A stretch of DNA of 64,000 nt from the NCBI GenBank assembly GCA_003250475.1, contig QKGI01000048.1, positions 196 through 64,195 on the forward strand, written 5' to 3'. A program made the position numbers and the translations under genes. Each line of letters starts with the position of its first letter. The stretch's first letter is position 1. A model generated the notes under the pieces. That model saw only the letters and a program-made list of their open reading frames with translations, was not told the DNA's origin and did no database searches. Source of the stretch: Bacteroidota bacterium (GTDB lineage: Bacteria; Bacteroidota; Bacteroidia; Bacteroidales; VadinHA17). Shown one piece after another: positions 17,330 to 26,606 of the stretch.

Positions 17330-18532
17330 ATGAAATACTTTCTAATGGCTTTGGCACTGGCAGTTGTATCATGTACTCCGGGGGAGGAGAAGATCAGTCA
17401 GAAGGCCGGGCATCTACACAGGGATATGCTCACTGTCGACACACACTGTGACACTCCCATGCGGCTATTGAGAAGCAATTACGACCTGGGTGTGTATAAT
17501 GACAAGGGATGTGTCGATTTCCCAAGGATGAAGGAGGGAGGTCTCGATGCGGAGTTCTTCGCCATCTTTATAGGACAGGGCCCGAGAACAGCCGAGGCAT
17601 TTGAGAAGGAATACCGCAGGACCCTGGCCTCTTTTGATTCTGTCAGGAAAAGTGTCGGGCAATACCCTGAGCTGGCTGACATTGCACTGTCGCCTGATGA
17701 TGCATACAAGCTGAAGGACCAGGGCAAACTTGCCATCTTCATCGGCATTGAGAACGGATACCCTGTTGGCACTGACATCTCGAAAGTAAAAGAGTTTTAT
17801 GACCTTGGTGCCAGGTACATCACCCTGTGCCATTCATCAAACAACGACATATGCGATTCATCAACCGACAAGTCCGGACCGGAACATAACGGACTATCTG
17901 CCTTTGGTGAGGAGGTGGTGAAGGAGATGAACAGTATAGGAATGATAATAGATGTATCACACATATCTGACGATTCTTTCTATGATGTAGTGGCTCTCTC
18001 AAAGGCTCCTGTTGTAGCCTCTCATTCATCATGCCGGGCGCTTTGCGAAAGCCCGCGCAATCTTGATGATGAGATGCTGCAGGCCCTGAAAAAAAATGGC
18101 GGGGTGATACAGATATGTATCCTCAGCGATTACCTGAAACAGCCTGAACCCAACCCTGAGTTTGATGCCAGGGCACAGGAACTGCGTGAGAAGTGGCAGG
18201 CCATGGGTCCGGAACTGACAGAAGCACAGCAGGAGCAGCGCTGGAGCGAATATTCTGAACTGAAAAAGCAATATATCAAGCTGGCTACCGTGGCCGATGC
18301 CGTCAATCATATACAGCATGTTGTCGATGTCATAGGCATTGACTACGTAGGCATTGGTTCAGACTTTGACGGCGGAGGAGGCATTGAAGGATGCACTGAT
18401 GTCTCAATGATGAAGAACATAACAAAGGAACTTCTCCGTCGCGGCTACAGCCGTGAGGATATTACGAAGATATGGGGAGGCAACTTCATGCGGGTGATGC
18501 GTGAAGTACAGGCTCTGAGGGATGAAGTCTGA
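17330..18532 (+). CDS. membrane dipeptidase (peptidase family M19) lipoprotein
   Basis: Lipobox (LALAVVSC), then HCDTP, CHSSNNDI, DVSHISD, ASHSS...PRNLDDE and GIGSDFDG motifs of renal-type dipeptidases. Confidence 0.85.
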   Translation: MKYFLMALALAVVSCTPGEEKISQKAGHLHRDMLTVDTHCDTPMRLLRSNYDLGVYNDKGCVDFPRMKEGGLDAEFFAIFIGQGPRTAEAFEKEYRRTLASFDSVRKSVGQYPELADIALSPDDAYKLKDQGKLAIFIGIENGYPVGTDISKVKEFYDLGARYITLCHSSNNDICDSSTDKSGPEHNGLSAFGEEVVKEMNSIGMIIDVSHISDDSFYDVVALSKAPVVASHSSCRALCESPRNLDDEMLQALKKNGGVIQICILSDYLKQPEPNPEFDARAQELREKWQAMGPELTEAQQEQRWSEYSELKKQYIKLATVADAVNHIQHVVDVIGIDYVGIGSDFDGGGGIEGCTDVSMMKNITKELLRRGYSREDITKIWGGNFMRVMREVQALRDEV

Positions 18533-18710
18533 AGGTCTGAAGGTCTGAGGTCTGAAGGTCAGTCGCTTTGCTCGGTCTTGCAGTCTTGCAGTCATGCAGT
18601 CATGTCGGAATGCAGCGGAGATCATAGACCCTGAGGTCAGGACAATCCGGCTCCTACACTATAACGACCCATCCGCCCAACTGGCGGAGCGGACCGGTCT
18701 GAAGGTCAGG
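18524..18710 (+). repeat. mosaic octamer-array intergenic element, copy 1
   Basis: 5 GAAGGTCT-type units overlapping the TGA stop at 18530. Then GTCGCTTTGCTCG, 4 GTC(T/A)TGCA units, a conserved tail with the TCCGCC/GGCGGA hairpin, and a terminal GGTCTGAAGGTCAG identical to 18549-18562. Confidence 0.85.
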
Positions 18711-18751
18711 CTTTTATGACCGTTGGAAAATATTGTGGCCGGTGGCGGCTG

Positions 18752-19843
18752 CTACTCCTGCCTGGATTTCACCCTTGAAAACCTCAACGACTTGATCATC
18801 CAGGTGGGAAGAGGTTTGTTCGGGTCACGTTTGCGCAGATCGAGATACCATCCCAGCTTCTTGATTATAGGCACCTTGTGGGTCTCCACGAACTCAATAA
18901 GAGTACCGTCGGGGTCCTCTATGTATGCGAAGTGACCTGCTGCCTCGCCCATGTCAAAACTGTTACCCTCGTGGCTTTGCTGGCTGTCTACAGTGAACGG
19001 GAACCCCGCCTCTTCGCAGTATTTGCGCAGGTTATCCATGCCTCTTATGTCATAACATAGGTGAATGAAACCCGGATCACCCCACAACCGGCCTTCAAAG
19101 ATCTTGTTTACCTCCCTGTCTTTTGCCTCTATCAGCTCAATTACGCTCTGTCCGAAAACAGGGTTGAATCCACCATGGAAAGGCCTTGCCGGCGCTAACA
19201 GAACGCGCCTGAAGATACCCTTACCTCCGGGAACAGGGGCCAGATCTTCAAATGTACCTGTGACATCATATACTATCCTGTCATATCCCAGGATACCGGA
19301 ATATATATTCAGCGCCCTGTCAATATCAGTGACACCTATCACTCCTCCATATGATCCTCCGGATATTTTCTTCAGGTTCATGAACCAGTCGGTGGCACCT
19401 ACAATATGGAAGATGTTCCCGAAGGGGTCTCTCAGGAAGAAACTCTTTTTCCCTGCCGGATCATCTACCGGTTTCCCCAGGACTTCCACACCATTGTCGG
19501 TCCAGTATTGCCATGCGTTTTCCACATCCTTCACCTTGATCTTGCAGGCAAAGATACCCAGGTCGCCCAGCATGGTCTCATAAGCGGGATATTTAGGTTT
19601 TCTCTCCTTGTACTGCCATACCTCAAATCCGCCGCCGCTCTGGAGGTTCATAGCCAGTACGGCATGCCTGCTCCGCGGCTCACCACCCGTGTAAGGCAGC
19701 ATAAGCCTTGCCTCAGCGACCTCTTCAAATATGCGGCAATCCATCCCGAACGCCCTGATATACCACTCCCATGCTTCACTGAGGTCATTCACCCCTACAC
19801 CCATCTGCTGTATGCCGCTGATTACGTATCCCTTGTTCTTCAT
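18752..19843 (-). CDS. VOC (glyoxalase/bleomycin-resistance/dioxygenase) family protein, multi-domain
   Basis: Repeated beta-alpha-beta-beta-beta VOC modules (GIQQMGVGVNDL, GVIGVTDIDRAL, IHLCYDIRGMD, FAYIEDPDGTLIEF). Confidence 0.7.
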   Translation of the reverse strand: MKNKGYVISGIQQMGVGVNDLSEAWEWYIRAFGMDCRIFEEVAEARLMLPYTGGEPRSRHAVLAMNLQSGGGFEVWQYKERKPKYPAYETMLGDLGIFACKIKVKDVENAWQYWTDNGVEVLGKPVDDPAGKKSFFLRDPFGNIFHIVGATDWFMNLKKISGGSYGGVIGVTDIDRALNIYSGILGYDRIVYDVTGTFEDLAPVPGGKGIFRRVLLAPARPFHGGFNPVFGQSVIELIEAKDREVNKIFEGRLWGDPGFIHLCYDIRGMDNLRKYCEEAGFPFTVDSQQSHEGNSFDMGEAAGHFAYIEDPDGTLIEFVETHKVPIIKKLGWYLDLRKRDPNKPLPTWMIKSLRFSRVKSRQE

Positions 19844-19852
19844 TTAGTTAAA

Positions 19853-20653
19853 CTACATTGGTTTGATCCTGCCGGCTATCCTGAAGAACAGTGCCGGCAA
19901 ATATTTCCTGATTTTAAGCATCAGCAGCTCCTTGCTGCCGACAAGTATCTCTATCTTTCTTTTCTGCAGGCCCCGTATTATCTGCCGGGCAGCTTTTTCC
20001 GGCGACACACCGCCGGCCTGCCCCTCATCCATCCTGCGATGTTCGACCCCGGTGGCGGTAAGGGCGTGATATGAGATCATTGTCCTTACTCTTCCGGGAA
20101 TGATCACCGAGACCCTGATATTATCCTTTCTATGTTCCAGGAGCAGTGTTTCGAAGAAACCATGCAACGCCTGTTTTGATGCGGAGTACGCTGACCGGAG
20201 CGGGAATCCGAAACGCCCTGAGATTGAGCTGGTAGCTGCCACGTGGCCTCCTCCTGCTGTTATCATATACGGCAACACGGCTTTTGTCAGTGCAATGGTG
20301 CCAAAGTAGTTGATCTCCATTATCTTCCGGTCAAGCCAGAGAGGAGTGTCACTTATCATTGCTCTCTGGCTTACCCCACCAATGTTTAACAGCATGTCTA
20401 TCCGGCCCTCCCTGCTGATAACTTCTGCAACCAGTGTATCAATGCCGTCTGTTTCGCCAAGGTCAAAGGGCAGGGGGGTTACGCTCCCTTTCATGCCGGA
20501 GCATTCGTTGACAACTGTGAGGAGCCCGTCGTTGTCATTTGCTGATGCGATCACCCTGCTTCCTTCGCGTACGAAGGTTCTGACCAGTTCCCGGCCGATA
20601 CCCGATGATGCACCTGTGATCCAGACAACCCTGTCTGTAAAAATATTATCCAT
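19853..20653 (-). CDS. SDR family oxidoreductase
   Basis: TGASSGIG cofactor motif, NIGG, catalytic YSASK. Confidence 0.85.
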   Translation of the reverse strand: MDNIFTDRVVWITGASSGIGRELVRTFVREGSRVIASANDNDGLLTVVNECSGMKGSVTPLPFDLGETDGIDTLVAEVISREGRIDMLLNIGGVSQRAMISDTPLWLDRKIMEINYFGTIALTKAVLPYMITAGGGHVAATSSISGRFGFPLRSAYSASKQALHGFFETLLLEHRKDNIRVSVIIPGRVRTMISYHALTATGVEHRRMDEGQAGGVSPEKAARQIIRGLQKRKIEILVGSKELLMLKIRKYLPALFFRIAGRIKPM

Positions 20654-20655
20654 GG

Positions 20656-21984
20656 TCAGAGGGCGGCAATACGTTTTATGAGGTTATTGTATGTGTCACG
20701 AAGCCTGGCAAACACCGGATTTTTTGTACGGATGAGATTCCATATCCTGAACCCTCCTGTGGTCCTTCGAAAGAGCAGAAACCAGTTCCAGGCCATGATA
20801 CCGAGTACGGGTATCATCAGAAAGGCAATGACAGCCAGCCACCATGGCTTGATGAAAATGAGCGACAGCGCCAGGTACAGTGGTCCGAAGATAAAGCTTA
20901 GCCCAAGGAAGAACCCATACCTTGCCGTACTTATGAACGCCGGGTCTTTTGACTTTATCGATTTGATGTATGATACCCGGAATGTAAGTATGTTCAACAA
21001 AGCCCCTAGAAGGAACACAGGCATAACAAGAAGCAGGAACACTGATGAAAGAAGCATCCATACGAAAGGGTGTTTCTTTTTGCGCAGCTGCCGGTAGGTT
21101 ACTTTCAGCTCTGTCGCCATATCCCTGACAGCCAGGGTGTCACTGCATATCCTGCTATAGGCTGCCGGGTCAGCGGTATGAAGGTCATTCATTTTGCTAA
21201 CCAGCCTCTGGTCCCTGAAAAGTTTGGGATACTTGATACTGTCGCTGTATTTCTCATTGACAATGTTCCTCAGCTCATTGATGGCTTCATAGTCCTCCTC
21301 CTCATCAATATGGACCATGACCTTTTTCATTTCTGCCGATAGACGGTCTCTAAGCTCAATAATCGCCCTTGTGGGATTTTCCCGGAATGAGTCATAATAT
21401 TCCGAAACATGGATAGGATGTCCATAAACCACAGTCAGCACCTGCCTGAAACGCCAGTAATGAGAATATTCAAGCCCGACGGGCACAATATTTATTTCCT
21501 TGTTGAATCCCGAGGCCTCTGCTGTCTGGAAAGCTATCCTGCAGATACCCTTCTTCAACTGTCTCAGTTTTCTGTATGTGGCATGATTACCTTCAGGAAG
21601 TATAACTACTCCGTTACGATTTTCCATGACCCTGAGAGTATCACGGAATGTGTCATCATTCTGTTTCAGGTTCTCATACCCGTCCCTGATCCTGTATACC
21701 GGCAGTATTTTGAGGAAGTAAAGTATCCGGGCAATGAACTTCTTTTTGAAGATATCGGCCCTGGCGAGGAAGACAAGCTGCCTGTCAAGGGTACCGATAA
21801 CGGCCATTGCATCCATAAGGGCGTTCTGGTGGTTGGGTGCAAGAATCGTCGGCACCGAAAAATCAAGATTGTCTTTGCCGTAAGCCAGAACCTTACGATA
21901 GAAAATATAATTATGCCAGAAATCGACATATTTCTTCAGAAGCTGATAGAAAATATCATACTTCTCAATGTTCTTCTTACCCAT
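20656..21984 (-). CDS. glycerolipid acyltransferase family protein (PlsC/GPAT-like) with C-terminal membrane domain
   Basis: HxxxxD block (NHQNALMD), FLARADIF, PVYRIRDG and ILPEGNH blocks. Three to four C-terminal TM helices. Confidence 0.7.
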   Translation of the reverse strand: MGKKNIEKYDIFYQLLKKYVDFWHNYIFYRKVLAYGKDNLDFSVPTILAPNHQNALMDAMAVIGTLDRQLVFLARADIFKKKFIARILYFLKILPVYRIRDGYENLKQNDDTFRDTLRVMENRNGVVILPEGNHATYRKLRQLKKGICRIAFQTAEASGFNKEINIVPVGLEYSHYWRFRQVLTVVYGHPIHVSEYYDSFRENPTRAIIELRDRLSAEMKKVMVHIDEEEDYEAINELRNIVNEKYSDSIKYPKLFRDQRLVSKMNDLHTADPAAYSRICSDTLAVRDMATELKVTYRQLRKKKHPFVWMLLSSVFLLLVMPVFLLGALLNILTFRVSYIKSIKSKDPAFISTARYGFFLGLSFIFGPLYLALSLIFIKPWWLAVIAFLMIPVLGIMAWNWFLLFRRTTGGFRIWNLIRTKNPVFARLRDTYNNLIKRIAAL

Positions 21985-22150
21985 TCCGTAACCAGGTTTA
22001 CCTTCTGTATCTTAAATAATGAAAGCCCCCAGGCTTAACCGACGACTAAATTAGAAAAAGATTCCCCTGCTGAATCAAAATTATAATTTGTTAACGGTGG
22101 AAAGGCAGTTTTTAGGTATTTATACCACCATGACGGTGACAGCAAGACAA

Positions 22151-22528
22151 TTACTCAAGGAAATCCTCTATCTCCCTGCGTTCTCTTTTGGTAGGGCGTC
22201 CGCTGCCCCTCGGCCGGTATCCGAATGCCGTTTTACCGGTGATCAGTTTTTGTTTTTCATCCTCGGGGGTCAGGTCTGTGATAAAGTCACTTACCAGTTT
22301 GGCGCTGACCCTGCTCGCAGGCAGACCGGTTACTTTATAGGAATATGTCACAGGTGGCTTTCTTACCAGGATAATTGTTCCCTCGCTGATCATATGAGCC
22401 GGTTTCACCGGTTGTCCTTCCACAATGACCCTTCCTTTGCGGCATGCCTCGGTGGCAGCGCTGCGCGACTTGAATATGCGCACGAACCAGAGGTACTTAT
22501 CCGTTCTTTCGCTATTTACTGCTGTCAT
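22151..22528 (-). CDS. hslR: S4-domain RNA-binding protein (Hsp15/HslR-like)
   Basis: DKYLWFVRIFKSRSAATEACRKGRVIVEGQPVKP S4 motif. Basic C-terminus. 17-nt overlap with pth. Confidence 0.7.
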   Translation of the reverse strand: MTAVNSERTDKYLWFVRIFKSRSAATEACRKGRVIVEGQPVKPAHMISEGTIILVRKPPVTYSYKVTGLPASRVSAKLVSDFITDLTPEDEKQKLITGKTAFGYRPRGSGRPTKRERREIEDFLE

Positions 22529-23105
22529 CGTCCAGGTTTTTGCCTGCCTTGTTATACGCAGTCATGGTAAGCTCGCATCCTGCTGTTCCGAATGACTTTA
22601 TCATTTCCACTGCCAGGGGTAGTCTTTTATTGATGACAGCCATCTCATTTTCCGTCCATTCCCCGAGGACATAGTTTACCTGTCCTCCCCTGGGGTAGTC
22701 ACTCCCTATACCTACCCGAAGGCGTGCATATTCATCAGTGCCGATTATCTCGCTTATGCTCGTGAGGCCGTTATGACCACCTGCTCCTCCCTTGGCCCTC
22801 AGTCTTATGCTGCCTGTGGGTATAGCCAGGTCATCGGTTATCACAAGGAGGTTTTCGACCGGGATCTTCTCCTTCTGCAGCCAGTAGCGCACGGCATTGC
22901 CGCTCCTGTTCATAAAGGTGGACGGTTTGAGAAGGATCAGTTCAGCGTTTTTATAACGCATCGTGGCGATGAATCCGTAACGGCGGTCTGTAAAAGAGAT
23001 ACCGGATGCAGCAGCAGCAGCATCCAGTACCATAAATCCGACGTTATGCCGTGTGTTTTTATACTCGTCGCCTATGTTGCCAAGTCCGGCGATCAGGTAT
23101 TTCAT
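22512..23105 (-). CDS. pth: peptidyl-tRNA hydrolase
   Basis: MKYLIAGLGNIGDEYKNTRHNVGF...GGHNGL motifs. Confidence 0.92.
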   Translation of the reverse strand: MKYLIAGLGNIGDEYKNTRHNVGFMVLDAAAAASGISFTDRRYGFIATMRYKNAELILLKPSTFMNRSGNAVRYWLQKEKIPVENLLVITDDLAIPTGSIRLRAKGGAGGHNGLTSISEIIGTDEYARLRVGIGSDYPRGGQVNYVLGEWTENEMAVINKRLPLAVEMIKSFGTAGCELTMTAYNKAGKNLDDDSSK

Positions 23106-23131
23106 CCCTTACAAAGGATAGCTTGTTTCTA

Positions 23132-23743
23132 CTATTCTGCAGCAGTCTCCTCAGGAGCAGCTTCAGCTTCAGGAGCGGCAGCCTCCTCTTCCTTGAGAGA
23201 GAGCCGTGATACGTCAACCGATACTATCATCGAGCGCTTGTTGTCGATGACCTCCAGGTTTTCATAGGAGAGGTCGCCGATCTTGATCGACTGACCTATA
23301 CCAAGTCGTGTAATATCAATCGTCAGATGATCCGGCAGATGTTTTGTCAGCCCTTTTACCTTTAACATCCTGCGTCTTACCTTCAGTTTGCCTCCGGCCT
23401 TTACTCCGGATGATTCTCCGGTGATCTTTATCGGAATATTGATAGTCACGGGCTTATCTTCAGATACCTGCATGAAATCTATATGCAGCAGTTTGTCTGT
23501 CACGGGGTGGAACTGAAGCTCTTTCATTACGGCATTATAAGCTTTCCCGTCAACAATAAGGCTGACAAGATAAACCTCCGGGGTGTATACCAGTCCGCGG
23601 AATGCGTTTTCATGTGCATAAAAATGAAGATTCTCCTCTTCCCTGTACATCACGCAGGGTACATTACCCTCTGCCCGCAGGCTGTTCGAACTCTTTTTAC
23701 CGAAATGATCGCGTGAGACGGCTTTGATCTCAATGGTTTTCAT
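23132..23743 (-). CDS. rplY: 50S ribosomal protein L25 / general stress protein Ctc
   Basis: Typical N-terminus (R..FGKK.S..LR..G.VP.V.Y) plus the Ctc C-terminal domain and an acidic Ala/Glu tail. Confidence 0.85.
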   Translation of the reverse strand: MKTIEIKAVSRDHFGKKSSNSLRAEGNVPCVMYREEENLHFYAHENAFRGLVYTPEVYLVSLIVDGKAYNAVMKELQFHPVTDKLLHIDFMQVSEDKPVTINIPIKITGESSGVKAGGKLKVRRRMLKVKGLTKHLPDHLTIDITRLGIGQSIKIGDLSYENLEVIDNKRSMIVSVDVSRLSLKEEEAAAPEAEAAPEETAAE

Positions 23744-23828
23744 TAGTCTTTAATTTGTTGTGCTACTCAAGGTTACTTGCCCGGCAACCTCCCATCACAC
23801 GTTTGACGTTTTCTCAAAAATTGGCGTG

Positions 23829-23836
23829 CAAATATA
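23829..23836 (-). promoter_or_regulatory. -7 promoter box (TAtaTTTG) for rplY-pth-hslR
   Basis: Reverse complement reads TATATTTGCAC, ~85 nt upstream of the L25 ATG. Confidence 0.45.
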
Positions 23837-23846
23837 GTCAAAAAGG

Positions 23847-24785
23847 TTAAAAAACAAAACCCGAACTGATAGAGGTGTTTGTATATACCGCTTTTATTGC
23901 TTCGGCAAATATCTCACCTACGGAAAGTATCTTTATTTTCGACGAGTGCATCGTCAACGGGATGCTGTCGGTAACCACCAGTTCCTCGAGCGGGGACCTG
24001 TCAATTTTCTCTACGGCGTCACCTGAGAGAACAGGGTGAGTCGCAACTGCCCTCACGCTCAGTGCACCGCGGTCTTTCATCACAGTGGCTGCAAAGGTGA
24101 GGGTTCCTGCTGTGTCAACCAGGTCATCAATAATTACCACATGGCGACCCTCCACCTCACCGATGACCGATATTTCCTCAACCACATTGGGTTTTTTTCT
24201 CAGCTTGTAGCACAGTACCATCTCACTCTGAAGGTAACGGGCATAGGCATTTGCTCTTTTTGAGCCGCCCATATCGGGGGCCGACACAGTCAGGTTAGGC
24301 AGGTTGAGATTGCGGATATAGGGTGCAAAGAGCGCCGAGCCGAAGAGATGGTCAACCGGCACATCGAAGAAACCCTGGATCTGATCAGCATGAAGGTCCA
24401 TGGTTATTATCCTGTCAACCCCGGCTTTGGTCAGCAGATCTGCAGTAAGCTTGGCCCCCAGTGAGACCCTTGGCCTGTCCTTGCGGTCCTGCCGGGCAAA
24501 ACCGTAATAGGGGATTACGGCATTGACCTTGTATGCGGAGGCCCTCTTGGCGGCGTCAATCATGAGAAGAAGTTCCATGAGGTTCTCCGCAGGGGGGTTG
24601 GTAGACTGAATTATAAAGACGTGACAACCACGAACCGATTCATCAAAGCAAGGTTGAAACTCCCCGTCACTGAAACTCAGCAGGGAGCTTTTACCAAGTT
24701 CGATACCAAGATGGTCTGCAATTTTTTCCGCTATCCCAAGCGATGAGGTGCAGGAAAAGATCTTATATGGAGCTCTGCCGATCAT
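23847..24785 (-). CDS. prs: ribose-phosphate pyrophosphokinase
   Basis: YYGFARQDRK, DLHADQIQGFF and the VIIDDLVDTAGT PRPP-binding loop. Confidence 0.92.
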   Translation of the reverse strand: MIGRAPYKIFSCTSSLGIAEKIADHLGIELGKSSLLSFSDGEFQPCFDESVRGCHVFIIQSTNPPAENLMELLLMIDAAKRASAYKVNAVIPYYGFARQDRKDRPRVSLGAKLTADLLTKAGVDRIITMDLHADQIQGFFDVPVDHLFGSALFAPYIRNLNLPNLTVSAPDMGGSKRANAYARYLQSEMVLCYKLRKKPNVVEEISVIGEVEGRHVVIIDDLVDTAGTLTFAATVMKDRGALSVRAVATHPVLSGDAVEKIDRSPLEELVVTDSIPLTMHSSKIKILSVGEIFAEAIKAVYTNTSISSGFVF

Positions 24786-24846
24786 AAGAAGTGGGTTAAG
24801 GTAGTAAACACTGAACGATGCCGCTAAATTAATATTTATGAATTAA

Positions 24847-25455
24847 TCATTTTTCTCTTTTGAAAAATATCATCGTCTCATCTATATATTCCAGCAGTTC
24901 ATCTCTGCCTGTCCCTCTTGAAGCGGAGGTGATGAACGTTGGTGGCAGGGTCTCCCACGTGCGCAGCATGACTGTATCATACAGGTCCCTGTTTTTCCCC
25001 GCTTCGGCTTCCGACAGCTTGTCAGTCTTGGTGAAGACTCTGGCAAAAGGCACACCGTTAAGTGCAAGCCTCTCCATGAAGGCAAGATCTGACTCCTGTG
25101 GCTTGTGCCTTGCATCGATAAGAACAAAAAGCAGGATCAGGTTGTCACGTGTGGTCACATATGAGGTAAAGAGTCTGTTCCATTGCTCTCTCATTTTTTG
25201 TGATACCCGTGCATAGCCATAACCCGGCAGGTCAACAATATACCAGCTTTCATTGATAATAAAGTGGTTGATGGTCTGTGTCTTGCCCGGACTGCCGGAG
25301 GTCTTCGCCAGCCCCTTCCTTGATACAAGCATGTTAATAAGTGACGATTTGCCAACATTTGACCGCCCGATGAAAGCGTATTCCGGCAACCCGGGCGGTG
25401 GCAGCTGACTGATCTTTGCACTGCTTGTTACGAAAGATGCTGATCTGATGATCAT
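24847..25455 (-). CDS. engB: ribosome biogenesis GTP-binding protein YsxC/EngB
   Basis: EYAFIGRSNVGKSSLIN G1, DLPGYGYA G3, TKTDK G4. Confidence 0.9.
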   Translation of the reverse strand: MIIRSASFVTSSAKISQLPPPGLPEYAFIGRSNVGKSSLINMLVSRKGLAKTSGSPGKTQTINHFIINESWYIVDLPGYGYARVSQKMREQWNRLFTSYVTTRDNLILLFVLIDARHKPQESDLAFMERLALNGVPFARVFTKTDKLSEAEAGKNRDLYDTVMLRTWETLPPTFITSASRGTGRDELLEYIDETMIFFKREK

Positions 25456-25841
25456 ACCTCCCTTAGTTTTTCCATGAATTTCTTGTTGTCAATAATAAAC
25501 CTTTCATGGCGCCCTTCGCCAATCTTACCGGTCTCATCACTTGCCTCAACGTGAAAGAGGAGTCTTTTGTCATTCACCTCCATCAGTGTGGCTGTGCATG
25601 TAATTGTCATTCCCACGGGCGTTGCCTTGAGGTGCCTGACATTGACCTCGGTGCCTACTGTGCCTTCACCGGGGTTAAGGCATGTCTCCACAGCCTTCAT
25701 GGCTGTCTGTTCCATAAATGCAATCATTGCAGGTGTAGAAAAAACATCCAGTAAGCCTGACCCGTAAACAGCAGCGGTGTCACTGTCACCGACAGTCCTG
25801 GAGGTTGTGAGCCTTATTCCAGGTACAAGTATCTTTGACAT
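25452..25841 (-). CDS. hotdog-fold thioesterase family protein
   Basis: ~129 aa with the GSG..DV.STP.M...ME pattern of FlK/4HBT-like thioesterases. 4-nt overlap with engB. Confidence 0.6.
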   Translation of the reverse strand: MSKILVPGIRLTTSRTVGDSDTAAVYGSGLLDVFSTPAMIAFMEQTAMKAVETCLNPGEGTVGTEVNVRHLKATPVGMTITCTATLMEVNDKRLLFHVEASDETGKIGEGRHERFIIDNKKFMEKLREV

Positions 25842-25847
25842 GGTTTC

Positions 25848-26606
25848 TTATTTTAAATCTTTGTAGGGTAGGGGAATGGCGAGACGGTAATAAAGCCTGT
25901 TACCGAACTGTGTCAGGTAAGAGGCTATGACTACTATTGAGTCAGCATGCTGACCTGTCGTTTTCTGCAGATCGAGATAACCTGTGGTGGCTGTCTGTAA
26001 CATCGGCTTCAGTGAGTCCATATCCACCAGTCCATCTACAAGATCTCCCCTGAAGTATTTCACGTTCTCCGCCTTGTCTGACATCTCAACGAAGATCTTG
26101 TATAATCCCCTCTCGTCGTAACGGTCATTTACTTTGTATTTTATCTCAGGGTATGATGTAACCTTCTCACCATTCATGTTGTACTCTTCAATGCCCGGCA
26201 GCCTTTTGCCGTTAATATAGTCAAGCTTTGCCTTAACGCGTCCGCTCTTATAATACTGTATCTGTGATCCGTGGATTGTGTCATTGACATAAGGAGTTAC
26301 CCTGAAGAGTTTACTGTCAGGATAGTACCACCTGGCTTCTCCGTCCTTTTTACCATCGACATATGGTATCTCCTGCTCAATAACCCCACCCTTGTAATAG
26401 GTGCGTGTCAGGCCCTGGCGTACCCCGTTCCTGAACTCCACCTCTCTCATTTTAATGTTGTCTTTTATATAGTTACGTACGCCGGTAAAGCCTGTATCGG
26501 GCACATGCCCTTCCTTCTTCCTGCCTTTTGATTCACCTGTACCGCCTCCGCATGAGACGGTGAGTATCATGATTACTATGCCTGCAAGGGCTGCCAAGTT
26601 TTTCAT
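25848..26606 (-). CDS. MORN-repeat-variant (YwqK-like) lipoprotein
   Basis: Lipobox (ILTVSC). Repeated G..EG....YY..G motifs. Confidence 0.5.
   Translation of the reverse strand: MKNLAALAGIVIMILTVSCGGGTGESKGRKKEGHVPDTGFTGVRNYIKDNIKMREVEFRNGVRQGLTRTYYKGGVIEQEIPYVDGKKDGEARWYYPDSKLFRVTPYVNDTIHGSQIQYYKSGRVKAKLDYINGKRLPGIEEYNMNGEKVTSYPEIKYKVNDRYDERGLYKIFVEMSDKAENVKYFRGDLVDGLVDMDSLKPMLQTATTGYLDLQKTTGQHADSIVVIASYLTQFGNRLYYRLAIPLPYKDLK

Noticed and set aside
19406-20074. Long antisense ORFs opposite real genes, including 19406..20074 +, 21409..22038 +, 10197..10709 +, 13812..14339 +, 26729..27457 +, 50234..50854 +, 52430..53050 +, 60565..61119 -, 33888..34349 -, 42347..42847 -, 2857..3378 - and 8256..8840 +.
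   Set aside because: These are shadow ORFs. Each is fully embedded antisense to a CDS with strong family motifs, and their translations are low complexity, Cys/His/Arg-rich, and lack motifs.
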